Source: Eledone cirrhosa (taxonomy: Eukaryota). Taken from it: a stretch of DNA of 64,000 nucleotides. Where the stretch lies: assembly GCA_964016885.1 (NCBI GenBank), contig OZ024741.1, forward strand, positions 303,614,001-303,678,000. Reading direction: 5' to 3'. Below, piece by piece: positions 13,696 to 31,700 of this stretch; the stretch's first letter is position 1; each line of letters starts with the position of its first letter. A program made the position numbers and the translations under genes. The notes under the pieces are model-generated. The model saw only the letters and a program-made list of their open reading frames with translations, was not told the origin of the DNA and ran no database searches.

Positions 13696-15759
13696 CACAC
13701 CCACAATCAACACCAACTTAACAACCAACAGCAAGACAACCACAATCAACACCAACATCACTACCAACAACAATACAACCACAATCAACACCAACATCAC
13801 TACAACCACCAACACAGCCACAATCAACACCAACATAACTACCAACAACAACACACCCACTATCAACACCAACATAACAACCAACAGCAACACAACCACA
13901 ATCAACACCAACATCACTACCAACAACAACACAAACAAAATCAACACCAACATCACTACCAACAACAATACAACAACAATCAACACCAACATCCCTACCA
14001 AATACAACACAACCACAATCAACACCAACATCACTACCAACAAAAATACAACCACAAACAACACCAACATCACTACCAACAACAACACAACCACAATCAA
14101 CACAAACATCGCTAGCAACACCAACACAACCACAATCAACACCAACATCACTACCAATATCAATACAACCGCAATCAACACCAACATCACTACCAACAAC
14201 AACACAACCATAATCAACACTAACATCACTACCAACAACAATACAAACACAATCAACACCAACATCACTGCCAACAACAACACAGCCACAATCATCACCA
14301 TCATCACTACAACCACCAACACAACCACAATCAACACCAACATCACTGACAACATCAACACAACCACAATCAACACCAACATTACTACCAGCAACAATAC
14401 AACAACAATCAACACCAACATCACTACTAACAACAACACAACCACAATAAACACCTACATCACTACCAACAACAATACAACCACAATCAACACCAAAATA
14501 ACTACCAACAACAACACAACCACAATCAAAACCAACATCACTACCAACAACAATACAACCACAATCAACACAAACATCACTACCAACAACAACAGAACCA
14601 CAATCAACACCAACATCACTACCAGCAACAATACAACCAAAATCAACACCAACATCACTGTCAACAACAACACAACCACAATCAACACAAACATCACTAC
14701 CAACAACAACACAACCACAATCAACACCAACATCACTACCAACAACAATACAACCACAATCAACACCAACATCACTGCCAACAACAACACAACCACAATC
14801 AACACCAACATCACTACCAGCAACGATACAACCAAAATCAACACCAACATCACTCCCAACAACAATACAACCACAATCAACACCGACATCACTACCATCA
14901 ACAACACAACCACAATAAACACCAACATCACTACAACCACCAACACAACCACAATCAACACCAACATCACTACCAACAACAACACAACCACAATCAACAC
15001 AAACATCACTACCAGCAACAATACAACCAAAATCAACACCAACATCACTCCCAACAACAATACAACCACAATCAACACCAACATCACTACCAACAACAAC
15101 GCAACCACAATAAACACCAACATCACTCCTAACAACAATACAACCACAATCAACACCAACATCACTACCATCAACAACACAACCACAATAAACACCAACA
15201 TCACTACAACCACCAACACAACCACAATCAACACCAACTTCACTACCAACAACAACACAACCACAATCAACACCAACATCACTACCAACAACAACACAAC
15301 CACAATCAACACCAACATCACTATCAACAACAAAACAATCACAATCAACACCAACATAACTACTAGCATCAATACAACCACAATCAACACCAACATCACT
15401 ACCAACGACAACACAACCACAATCAACACCAACATCACTACCAACAACAATACAACCACAAACAACACCAACATCACTATCAACAACAATACAACCACAA
15501 TCAACACCAACATAACTACTAGCATCAATACAACTACAATCAACACCAACATCACTACCAACAAAAATACAACCACAAACAACCCAACATCACTACCAAC
15601 AACAACACAACTACAATCAACACCAGCATCACTACAACCACCAACACAACCACAATCAACACCAACATCACTACCAACAACAATACAACCACAATCAACA
15701 CCAACGTCACTACCAACAACAACACAACCACAATCAACACCAACATTACTACCAAATAC

Positions 15760-18610
15760 AACACAACCACAATCAACACCAACATCACTACCAACAAAAA
15801 TACAACCACAAACAACACCAACATCACTTCCAAAAACAACACAACCACAATCAACACAAACATCGCTAGCCACAACAACACAACCACAATCAACACCAGC
15901 ATCACTACAACCACCAACACAACCACAATCAACACCAACATCACTACCAACAACAACACAACCACAATCAACACCAACATCACTACAACCACCAACACAA
16001 CCACAATGAACACCAACATCACTGCCAATATCAACACAACCACAATCAACACCAACATCACTACCAACAACAACACAACCACAATCAACACCAACATCAC
16101 TACAACCACCAACACAACCACATTCAACACCAACATCACTACCAACAACAATGCAACCACAGTCAACACCAACGTCGCTATCAAAAAACAATACAACCAC
16201 AATCAACACCAACATCACTACCAGCAACAACAACACAACCACAATCAGCACCAACATCACTACAACCACCAACACAGCCACAATCAACACCAACATAACT
16301 ACCAACAATAACACACCCACAATCAACACCAACTTAACAACCAACAGCAAGACAACCACAATCAACACCAACATCACTACCAACAACAATACAACCACAA
16401 TCAACACCAACATAACTACTAGCATCAATACAACTACAATCAACACCAACATCACTACCAACAAAAATACAACCACAAACAACACCAACATCACTACCAA
16501 CAACAACACAACTACAATCAACACCAGCATCACTACAACCACCAACACAACCACAATCAACACCAACATCACTACCAACAACAACACACCCACAATCAAC
16601 ACCAAGATAACAACCAACAGCAACACAACCACAATCAACACCAACATCACTACCAACAACAATACAACCACAATCAACACCAACATCACTACAACCACCA
16701 ACACAGCCACAATCAACACCAACATAACTACCAACAACAACACACCCACAATCAACACCAACATAACAACCAACAGCAACACAACCACAATCAACACCAA
16801 CATCACTACCAACAACAACACAACCACAACCAACACCAACATCACTACCAACAACAATACAACCACAATCAACACCAACATCACTACCAACAACAACACA
16901 ACCACAATCAGCACCAACATCACTACAACCACCAACACAGCCACAATCAACACCAACATCACTACCAACAGCAACACAACCACAATCAACACCAACATCA
17001 CTACCAACAACAATACAACCACAATTACACCAACATCACTACCAACAACAACACAACCAAAATCAACACCAACATAACAACCAACAGCAACACAACCACA
17101 ATCAACACCAACATCACTACCAACAACAACACAACCAAAATCAACACCAACATAACGACCAACAGCAACACAACCACAATCAACACCAACATCACTACCA
17201 ACAAAAATACAACCACAAACAACACCAACATCACTACCAAAAACAACACAACCACAATCAACACAAACATCGCTAGCCACAACAACACAACCACAATCAA
17301 CACCAGCATCACTACAACCACCAACACAACCACAATCAACACCAACATCACTACCAACAACAACACAACCACAATCAACACCAACATCACTACAACCACC
17401 AACACAACCACAATGAACACCAACATCACTGCCAATATCAACACAACCACAATCAACACCAACATCACTACCAACAACAACACAACCACAATCAACACCA
17501 ACATCACTACAACCACCAACACAACCACATTCAACACCAACATCACTACCAACAACAATGCAACCACAGTCAACACCAACGTCGCTATCAAAAAACAATA
17601 CAACCACAATCAACACCAACATCACTACCAGCAACAACAACACAACCACAATCAGCACCAACATCACTACAACCACCAACACAGCCACAATCAACACCAA
17701 CATAACTACCAACAATAACACACCCACAATCAACACCAACTTAACAACCAACAGCAAGACAACCACAATCAACACCAACATCACTACCAACAACAATACA
17801 ACCACAATCAACACCAACATAACTACTAGCATCAATACAACTACAATCAACACCAACATCACTACCAACAAAAATACAACCACAAACAACACCAACATCA
17901 CTACCAACAACAACACAACTACAATCAACACCAGCATCACTACAACCACCAACACAACCACAATCAACACCAACATCACTACCAACAACAACACACCCAC
18001 AATCAACACCAAGATAACAACCAACAGCAACACAACCACAATCAACACCAACATCACTACCAACAACAATACAACCACAATCAACACCAACATCACTACA
18101 ACCACCAACACAGCCACAATCAACACCAACATAACTACCAACAACAACACACCCACAATCAACACCAACATAACAACCAACAGCAACACAACCACAATCA
18201 ACACCAACATCACTACCAACAACAACACAACCACAACCAACACCAACATCACTACCAACAACAATACAACCACAATCAACACCAACATCACTACCAACAA
18301 CAACACAACCACAATCAGCACCAACATCACTACAACCACCAACACAGCCACAATCAACACCAACATCACTACCAACAGCAACACAACCACAATCAACACC
18401 AACATCACTACCAACAACAATACAACCACAATTACACCAACATCACTACCAACAACAACACAACCAAAATCAACACCAACATAACAACCAACAGCAACAC
18501 AAGCACAATCAACACCAACATCACTACCAACAACAACACAACCAAAATCAACACCAACATAACGACCAACAGCAACACAACCACAATCAACACCAACATC
18601 ACTACCAACA
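15760..18610. repeat. 1407-bp tandem duplication within array A
   Basis: ORFs 16151..17077 and 17558..18484 translate identically, as do 16006..16311 and 17413..17718. Markers GTCGCTATC (16174/17581) and ATTACACC (17024/18431) are 1407 apart. Confidence 0.92.
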
Positions 18611-19799
18611 ACAACACAACCAAAATCAGCACCAACATCACTACCAACAACAACACAACCAAAATCAACACCAACATCACTACAAACAACAACACAACCA
18701 CAATCAACACCAACATCCCTACCAAATACAACACAACCACAATCAACACCAACATCACTACCAACAAAAATACAACGACAAACAACACCAACATTACTAC
18801 CAACAACAACACAACCACAATCAACACAAACATCGCTAGCAACAACAACACAACCACAAACAACACCAACATCGCTACAACCACCAACACAACCACAATC
18901 AACACCAACATCACTACCAATATCAATACAACCGCAATCAACACCAACATCACTACCAACAACAACACAACCATAATCAACACTAACATCACTACCAACA
19001 ACAATACAAACACAATCAACACCAACATCACTGCCAACAACAACACAGCCACAATCATCACCAACATCACTACAACCACCAACACAACCACAATCAACAC
19101 CAACATCACTGACAACATCAACACAACCACAATCAACACCAACATTACTACCAGCAACAATACAACCACAATCAACACCAACATCACTACCAACAACAAC
19201 ACAACCACAATCAACACCAACATCACTACCAACAACAACACATCCACAATCAACACCAACATCACTACCAACAACAATACAACCACAATCAACCCCAACA
19301 TCACTACCAAATACAACACAATCACAATCAACCCCAACATCACTACCTACAAAAATACAACCACAAACAACACCAACATCACTACCAACAACAACACAAC
19401 CACAATCAACACAAACATCGCTAGCAACAACAACACAACCACAATCAACACCAACATCACTACAACGACCAACACAACCACAATCAACACCAACATCACT
19501 ACCAACACAACCACAATCAACACCGACATCACAACAACCACCAACACAACCACAATCAACACCAACATCACTGACAACATCAACACAACCACAATCAACA
19601 CCAACATTACTACCAGCAACAATACAACAACAATCAACACCAACATCACTACTAACAACAACACAACCACAATCAATACCAACATCACTACCAACAACAA
19701 CACAACCACAATCAACACCAACATTACTACCAGCAACAATACAACAACAATCAACACCAACATCACTACTAACAACAACACAACCACAATAAACACCTA

Positions 19800-22700
19800 C
19801 ATCACTACCAACAACAATACAACCACAATCAACACCAACATCACTGCCAACAACAACACAACCACAATCAACACCAACATCACTACAACCACCAACACAA
19901 CCACAATCAACACCAACATCATTACCAACAACAATACAACCACAATCAACACCAACATCACTACCAGCAACAACACAAACACAATCAACACCAACATCAC
20001 TACCAACAACAACACAACCACAATCAACACCAACATCACTACCAGTAACAACACAACCACAATCAACACCAACATCACTACCAACAACAACACAACCACA
20101 ATCAACACCAACATCACTACAACCACCAACACAACCACAATCAACAGCAACATCATTACCAACAACAATACAACCACAATCAACACCAACATCACTACCA
20201 ACAACAACACAACCACAATCAACACCAACATCACTACCAGTAACAACACGACCACAATCAACACCAACATCACTACCAACAACAACACAACCGCAATCAA
20301 CACAATCACCACTACCAGTAACAACACAACCACAATCAACACCAACATCACTACCAACAACAATACAACCACAATCAACACCAACATCACTACAAACAAC
20401 AACACAACCACAATCAACACCAACATCACTACAACCACCAACACAGCCACAATCAACACCAACATAACTACCAACAACAATACAATCACAATCAACACCA
20501 ACATCACTACCAACAACAACACAACCACAATCAATACCAACATCACTACCAGCAATAATACAACCACAATCAACACCAGCATCACTACAACCACCAACAC
20601 AACCACAATCAGCACCAACATCACTACCAACAACAATACAACCACAATCAACACCAACATCACTACAACCACCAACAGAACCACAATCAACACCAACATA
20701 ACTACCAACAACAAGACACCCACAGTCAACACCAAAATAACTTCCAACAGCAACACAACCACAATCAACACCAACATCACTACCAACAACAACACAACCA
20801 CAATTAACACCAACATAACTACCAAAAACAACACAACCACAATAAACACCTACATCACTACCAACAACAATACAACCACAATCAACACCAACATCACTGC
20901 CAACAACAACACAACCACAATCAACACCAACATCACTACCAGCAACAATACAACAACAATCAACACCAACCTCACTCCCAACAACAATCAAACCACAATC
21001 AACACCAACATCACTGCCAACAACAACACAACCACAATCAACACCAACATCACTACCAGCAACAATACAACAACAATCAACACCAACATCACTCCCAACA
21101 ACAATACAAACACAATCAACACCAACATCACTACCAACAACAACACAACCACAATCAATACCAACATCACTCCCAACAACAATACAACCACATCAACTCC
21201 AACATCACTACCAACAACAACACAACTACCATCAACACCAACATCACTACAACCACCAACACAACCAAAATCAACACCAACATCACTACAAACAACAACA
21301 CAACCACAATCAACTCCAACATCACTACCAACAACAACACAACCACAATCAACACCAACATAACTACTAGCATCAATACAACCACAATCAACACCAACAT
21401 CACTACCAACAACAATACATCCACAATCAACACCAACATCACTACCAGTAACAACACAACCACAATCAACACCAACATCACTACCAACAACAAGACAACC
21501 ACAATCAACACCAACATCACTACCAACAACAATAAAACCACAATCAACACAAACATAACTACCAACACAACCACAATCAACACCAACATCACTATCAACA
21601 ACAATACAACCACAATCAACACCAACATAACTACCAAAAACAACACAACCACAATAAACACCTACATCACTACCAACAACAATACAACCACAATCAACAC
21701 CAACATCACTATCAACAACAATACAACAACAATCAACACCAACATCACTCCCAACAACAATACAACCACAATCAACACCAACATTGCTACCAGCAACAAT
21801 ACAACCACAATCAACACCAACATCACTACCAACAACAACACAACTACCATCAACACCAACATCACTACAACCACCAACACAATCAAAATCAACACCAACA
21901 TCACTACCAACAACAACACAACCACAATCAACACCAACATAACTACTAGCATCAATACAACCACAATCAACACCAACATCACTACCAACAACAACACAAC
22001 CACAATCAACACCAACATCACTACCAGCAACAATACAACCAAAATCAACACCAACATCACTGCCAACAACAACACAACCACAATCAACACAAAAATCACT
22101 ACCAACAACAACACAACCACAATCAACACCAACATTACTACCAACAACAATACAACCACAATCAACACCAACATCACTACCAGCAACAATACAACCAAAA
22201 TCAACACCAACATCACTGCCAACAACAACACAACCACAATCAACACAAAAATCACTACCAACAACACAACCACAATCAACAACAAAATCACTACCAACAA
22301 CAATACAACCATAATCAACACCAACATCACTACCAGCAACAATACAACCAAAATCAACACCAACATCACTGCCAACAACAACACAACCACAATCAACACC
22401 AACATCACTGCCAACAACAACACAAACACAATCAACACCAACATCACTACCAGCAACAATACAACCAAAATCAACACCAACATCACTCCCAACAACAATA
22501 CAACCACAATCAACACAAACATCACTACCATCAACAACACAACCACAATAAACACCAACATCACTACAACCACCAACACAACCACAATCAACACCAACAT
22601 CACTACCAACAACAACACAACCACAATCAACACCAACATCACTATCAACAACAATACAACCACAATCAACACCAACATAACTACTAGCATCAATACAACC

Positions 22701-25700
22701 ACAATCAACACCAACATCACTACCAACAACAATACAACCACAATCAACACCAACATCACTACAAAATCCACACAACCACAATCAACACCAACATCACTAC
22801 CAACAACAACACAACCAAAATCAACACCAACATCACTACCAACAACAACACACCCACAATCAACACCAACATCACTACCAACAAAAATACAACCACAAAC
22901 AACACCAACATCACTACCAACAACAACACAACCACAATCAACACCAGCATCACTACAACCACCAACACAACCACAATCAACACCAACATAACTACCAACA
23001 ACAACACACCCACAATCAACACCAACATAACAACCAACAGCAACACAACCACAATCAACACCAACATCACTAGCAACAACAATACAACCACAATCAACAC
23101 CAACATCACTACAACCACCAACACAGCCACAATCAACACCAACATAACTACCAACAACAACACACCCACAATCAACACCAACATAACAACCAACAGCAAC
23201 ACAACCACAATCAACACCAACATCACTACCAACAACAACACAACCACAATCAACACCAAGATCACTACCAACAACAATACAACCACAATCAACACCAACA
23301 TCACTATCAACAACAACACAAACACAATCAACACCAACATCACTACCAACAACAATACAACCACAATCAACCCCAACATCACTACCAAATACAACACAAC
23401 CACAATCAACCCCAACATCACTACCTACAAAAATACAACCACAAACAACACCAACATCACTACCAACAACAACACAACCACGATCAACACAAACATCGCT
23501 AGCAACAACAACACAACCACAATCAACACCAACATCACTACAACGACCAACACAACCACAATCAACACCAACATCACTACCTACACAACCACAATCAACA
23601 CTAAAATCACTACAACCACCAACACAACCACAATCAACACCAACATCACTGACAACATCAACACAACCACAATCAACACCAACATCACTACCAACAACAA
23701 CTCAACCACAATAAACACCTACATCACTACCAACATAAATACAACCACAATCAACACCAACATCACTGCCAACAACAACACAACCACGATCAACACCAAC
23801 ATCACTACCAGCAACAATACAACCACAATCAACACCAACATAACTACCAACAACAACACAACCACAATGAATACCAACATCACTACCAACAACAACACAA
23901 CCACAATCAACACCAACATTACTACCAGCAACAATACAACAACAATCAACACCAACATCACTACTAACAACAACACAACCACAATAAACACCTACATCAC
24001 TACCAACAACAATACAACCACAATCAACACCAACATCACTACAACCACCAACACAACCACAATCAACAGCAATATCATTACCAACAACAATACAACCACA
24101 ATCAACACCAACATCACTACCAACAACAACACACCCACAATCAACACCAACATAACAACCAACAGCAACACAACCACAATCAACACCAACATCACTACCA
24201 ACAACAACACAACCACAATCAACACCAAGATCACTACCAACAACAATACAACCACAATCAACACCAACATCACTATCAACAACAACACAAACACAATCAA
24301 CACCAACATCACTACCAACAACAATACAACCACAATCAACCCCAACATCACTACCAAATACAACACAACCACAATCAACCCCAACATCACTACCTACAAA
24401 AATACAACCACAAACAACACCAACATCACTACCAACAACAACACAACCACGATCAACACAAACATCGCTAGCAACAACAACACAACCACAATCAACACCA
24501 ACATCACTACAACGACCAACACAACCACAATCAACACCAACATCACTACCAACAACAACACACCCACAATCAACACCAACATAACAACCAACAGCAACAC
24601 AACCACAATCAACACCAACATCACTAGCAACAACAATACAACCACAATCAACACCAACATCACTACAACCACCAACACAGCCACAATCAACACCAACATA
24701 ACTACCAACAACAACACACCCACAATCAACACCAACATAACAACCAACAGCAACACAACCACAATCAACACCAACATCACTACCAACAACAACACAACCA
24801 CAATCAACACCAAGATCACTACCAACAACAATACAACCACAATCAACACCAACATCACTATCAACAACAACACAAACACAATCAACACCAACATCACTAC
24901 CAACAACAATACAACCACAATCAACCACAACATCACTACCAAATACAACACAACCACAATCAACCCCAACATCACTACCTACAAAAATACAACCACAAAC
25001 AACACCAACATCACTACCAACAACAACACAACCACGATCAACACAAACATCGCTAGCAACAACAACACAACCACAATCAACACCAACATCACTACAACGA
25101 CCAACACAACCACAATCAACACCAACATCACTACCTACACAACCACAATCAACACTAAAATCACTACAACCACCAACACAACCACAATCAACACCAACAT
25201 CACTGACAACATCAACACAACCACAATCAACACCAACATCACTACCAACAACAACTCAACCACAATAAACACCTACATCACTACCAACATAAATACAACC
25301 ACAATCAACACCAACATCACTGCCAACAACAACACAACCACGATCAACACCAACATCACTACCAGCAACAATACAACCACAATCAACACCAACATAACTA
25401 CCAACAACAACACAACCACAATGAATACCAACATCACTACCAACAACAACACAACCACAATCAACACCAACATTACTACCAGCAACAATACAACAACAAT
25501 CAACACCAACATCACTACTAACAACAACACAACCACAATAAACACCTACATCACTACCAACAACAATACAACCACAATCAACACCAACATCACTACAACC
25601 ACCAACACAACCACAATCAACAGCAATATCATTACCAACAACAATACAACCACAATCAACACCAACATCACTACCAGCAACAACACAAACACAATCAACA

Positions 25701-28700
25701 CCAACATCACTACCAGCAACAATACAACAACAATCAACACCAACATCACTCCCAACAACAATACAACCACAATCAACACCAACATCACTACCAGCAACAA
25801 TACAACAGCAATCAACACCAACATCACTCCCAACAACAATACAACCACAATCAACACCAACATCACTGCCAACAACAATACAACCACATCAACTCCAACA
25901 TCACTACCAACAACAACACAACCACAATCAACACCAACATCACTACCAACAACAACACAACCACAATCAACACCAACATCACTACAACCACCAACACAAC
26001 CAAAATCAACACCAACATCACTACAAACAACAATACAACCACAATCAACACCAACATCACTACCAACAACAACACAACCACAATCAACACCAACATCACT
26101 ACCAGTAACAACACAACCAGAATCAACACCAACATCACTACCAACAACAAGACAACCACAATCAACACCAACATCACTACCAACAACAATACAACCACAA
26201 TCAATACCAACATCACTACCAACAACAATAAAACCACAATCAACACAAACATTACTACCAGCAACAATACAACCACAATCAACACCAACATCACTACCAA
26301 CAACAATACAACCACAATCAACACCAACATCACTACAAACAACAACACAACCACAATCAACACCAACATCCCTACCAACAACAATACAACCACAATCAAC
26401 ACCAACATCACTACCAACAACAATAAAACCACAATCAACACAAACATTACTACCAGCAACAATACAACCACAATCAACACCAACATCACGACCAACAACA
26501 ATACAACCACAATCAACACCAACATCACTGCAAACAACAACACAACCACAATCAACACCAACATCATTACAACCACCAACACAACCACAATCAACACCAA
26601 CATAACTACCACCAACACAACCACAATCAACACCAACATTACTACCAACAACAAAACAACCACAATCAACACCCACATCACTACAACCACCAACACAACC
26701 ACAATCAACACCAACATAACTACCAGCAACAATACAACCACAATCAACACCAACATCACTACCAACAACAATACAACCACAATCAACACCAACATCACTA
26801 CAACCACCAACACAACCAAAATCAACACCAACATTACTACCAACAACAACACAACCACAATCAACACCAACATCACTACAACCACCAACACAACCACAAT
26901 CAACACCAACATCACGACCAACAACAATACAACCACAATCAACACCAACATCACTACCAACAACAATACAACCACAATCAACACCAACATCACTACCAAC
27001 AACAATAAAACCACAATCAACACAAACATTACTACCAGCAACAATACAACCACAATCAACACCAACATCACTCCAAACAACAACACAACCACAATCAACA
27101 CCAACATCACTACCAGCAACAATACAACAACAATCAACACCAACATCACTACCAACAACAATACAACCACAATCAACACCAACATCACTGCAAACAACAA
27201 CACAACCACAATCAACACCAACATCACTACCAACAATAATACAACCACAATCAACACCAACATCCCTACAACCTCCAACACAACCACAATCAGCACCAAC
27301 ATCACTACCAACAACAATACAACCACAATCAACACCAACATCACTACCAACAACAATACAACCACAATCAACACCAACATCACTACAACCACCAACACAA
27401 CCACAATCAACACCAACATCACTACCAGCAACAATACACCAACAATCAACAACAACATCACTCCCAACAACAATACAACCACAATCAACACAAACATCAC
27501 TACAAACAACAATACAACCACAATCAACACCAACATCACTACCAACAACAATACAACCACAGTCAACACCAACATCACTACAACCACCAACACAACCACA
27601 ATCAACACCAACATCACTACCAGCAATAATACACCAAAAATCAACACCAACATCACTCCCAACAACAATACAACCACAATCAACACCAACATCACTACAA
27701 CCACCAACACAACCAAAATCAACACCAACATCACTACAAACAACAATACAACCACAATCAACACCAACATCACTACCAACAACAACACAACCACAATCAA
27801 CACCAACATCACTACCAACAACAACACAACCACAATCAGCACCAACATCACTACCAACAACAATACAACCAGAATCAACACCAACATCACTGCCAACAAC
27901 AACACAACCACAATCAACACCAACATCACTACAACCACCAACACAACCACAATCAACACCAACATCATTACCAACAACAATACAACCACAATCAACACCA
28001 ACATCACTACCAGCAACAACACAAACACAATCAACACCAACATCACTACCAATAACAACACAACCACAATCAACACCAACATCACTACCAGTAACAACAC
28101 AACCACAATCAACACCAATATCACTACCAACAACAACACAACCACAATCAACACCAACATCACTACAACCACCAACACAACCACAATCAACAGCAACATC
28201 ATTACCAACAACAATACAACCACAATCAACACCAACATCACTACCAGCAACAACACAAACACAATCAACACCAACATCACTACCAACAACAACACAACCA
28301 CAATCAACACCAACATCACTACCAGTAACAACACAACCACAATCAACACCAACATCACTACCAACAACAACACAACCGCAATCAACACAATCACCACTAC
28401 CAGTAACAACACAACCACAATCAACACCAACATCACTACCAACAACAATACAACCACAATCAACACCAACATCACTACAAACAACAACACAACCACAATC
28501 AACACCAACATCACTACAACCACCAACACAACCACAATCAACACCAACATAACTACCAACAACAATACAACCACAATCAACACCAACATCAATACCAACA
28601 ACAATACAATCACAATCAACACCGAAATCACTACCAACAACAACACAACCACAATCAATCCCAACATCACTACCAACAATAATACAACCACAATCAACAC

Positions 28701-31700
28701 CAACATCACTACAACCACCAACACAACCACAATCAGCACCAACATCACTACCAACAACAATACAACCACAATCAACACCAACATCACTACAACCACCAAC
28801 AGAACCACAATCAACACCAACATAACTACCAACAACAAGACACCCACAGTCAACACCAAAATAACTTCCAACAGCAACACAACCACAATCAACACCAACA
28901 TCACTACCAACAACAACACAACCACAATTAACACCAACATAACTACCAAAAACAACACAACCACAATAAACACCTACATCACTACCAACAACAATACAAA
29001 CACAATCAACACCAACATCACTGCCAACAACAACACAACCACAATCAACACCAACATCACTACCAGCAACAATACAACAACAATCAACACCAACCTCACT
29101 CCCAACAACAATAAAACCACAATCAACACCAACATCACTGCCAACAACAACACAACCACAATCAACACCAACATCACTACCAGCAACAATACAACAACAA
29201 TCAACACCAACATCACTCCCAACAACAATACAAACACAATCAACACCAACATCACTACCAACAACAACACAACCACAATCAACACCAACATCACTCCCAA
29301 CAACAATACAACCACATCAACTCCAACATCACTACCAACAACAACACAACTACCATCAACACCAACATCACTACAACCACCAACACAACCAAAATCAACA
29401 CCAACATCACTACAAACAACAACACAACCACAATCAACTCCAACATCACTACCAACAACAACACAACCACAATCAACACCAACATAACTACTAGCATCAA
29501 TACAACCACAATCAACACCAACATCACTACCAACAACAATACATCCACAATCAACACCAACATCACTACCAGTAACAACACAACCACAATCAACACCAAC
29601 ATCACTACCAACAACAAGACAACCACAATCAACACCAACATCACTACCAACAACAATAAAACCACAATCAACACAAACATAACTACCAACACAACAACAA
29701 TCAACACCAACATCACTATCAACAACAATACAACCACAATCAACACCAACATAACTACCAAAAACAACACAACCACAATAAACACCTACATCACTACCAA
29801 CAACAATACAACCACAATCAACACCAACATCACTATCAACAACAATACAACAACAATCAACACCAACATCACTCCCAAAAACAATACAACAACAATCAAC
29901 ACCAACATTGCTACCAGCAACAATACAACCACAATCAACACCAACATCACTACCAACAACAATACAACCACATCAACACCAACATCACTACCAACAACAA
30001 CACAACTACCATCAACACCAGCATCACTACAACCACCAACACAACCAAAATCAACACCAACATCACTACAAACAACAACACAACCACAATCAACACCAAC
30101 TTCACTACCAACAACAACACAACCACAATCAACACCAACATAACTACTAGCATCAATACAACCACAATCAACACCAACATCACTACCAACAACAACACAA
30201 CCACAATCAACACCAACATCACTACCAGCAACAATACAACCAAAATCAACACCAACATCACTGCCAACAACAACACAACCACAATCAACACAAAAATCAC
30301 TACCAACAACAACACAACCACAATCAACACCAACATCACTACCAACAACAATACAACCACAATCAACACCAACATCACTACCAGCAACAATACAACCAAA
30401 ATCAACACCAACATCACTTCCAACAACAACACAACCACAATCAACACAAAAATCACTACCAACAACAACACAACCACAATCAACACCAACATTACTACCA
30501 ACAACAATACAACCACAATCAACACCAACATCACTACCAGCAACAATACTACCAAAATCAACACCAACATCACTGCCAACAACAACACAACCACAATCAA
30601 CACAAAAATCACTACCAACAACACAACCACAATCAACACCAACATCACTACCAACAACAATACAACCACAATCAACACCAACATCACTACCAGCAACAAT
30701 ACAACCAAAATCAACACCAACATCACTGCCAACAACAACACAACCACAATCAACACCAACATCACTGCCAACAACAACACAACCACAATCAACACCAACA
30801 TCACTACCAGCAACAATACAACCAAAATCAACACCAACATCACTCCCAACAACAATACAACCACAATCAACACAAACATCACTACCATCAACAACACAAC
30901 CACAATAAACACCAACATCACTACAACCACCAACACAACCACAATCAACACCAACATCACTACCAACAACAACACAACCACAATCAACACCAACATCACT
31001 ATCAACAACAATACAACCACAATCAACACCAACATAACTACTAGCATCAATACAACCACAATCAACACCAACATCACTACCAACAACAATACAACCACAA
31101 TCAACACCAACATCACTACAAAATCCACACAACCACAATCAACACCAACATCACTACCAACAACAACACAACCAAAATCAACACCAACATCACTACCAAC
31201 AACAATACAACCACAATCAACACCAACGTCACTACCAACAACAACACACCCACAATCAACACCAACATCACTACCAACAAAAATACAACCACAAACAACA
31301 CCAACATCACTACCAACAACAACACAACCACAATCAACACCAGCATCACTACAACCACCAACACAACCACAATCAACACCAACATAACTACCAACAACAA
31401 CACACCCACAATCAACACCAACATAACAACCAACAGCAACACAACCACAATCAACACCAACATCACTACCAACAACAATACAACCACAATCAACACCAAC
31501 ATCACTACAACCACCAACACAGCCACAATCAACACCAACATAACTACCAACAACAACACACCCACAATCAACACCAACATAACAACCAACAGCAACACAA
31601 CCACAATCAACACCAACATCACTACCAACAACAACACAACCACAACCAACACCAACATCACTACCAACAACAATACAACCACAATCAACACCAACATCAC

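Noticed and set aside
16006-17718. His/Gln-rich ORF tails (YNHNQHQHHYQQQ) as metal-binding or prion-like peptides
   Set aside because: Third frame of the same repeat, entered through a +1 slip in an A6 run and closed by frequent stops.
79-31138. Minus-strand DCGCVVVGSDVGV ORFs resembling Cys-rich beta-solenoid, antifreeze or metallothionein-like repeats
   Set aside because: This is the exact in-register antisense of the Thr/Asn frame. It is broken by TGA stops and frameshifts, lacks the TCT ice-binding motif and a signal peptide, and no independent evidence supports it.
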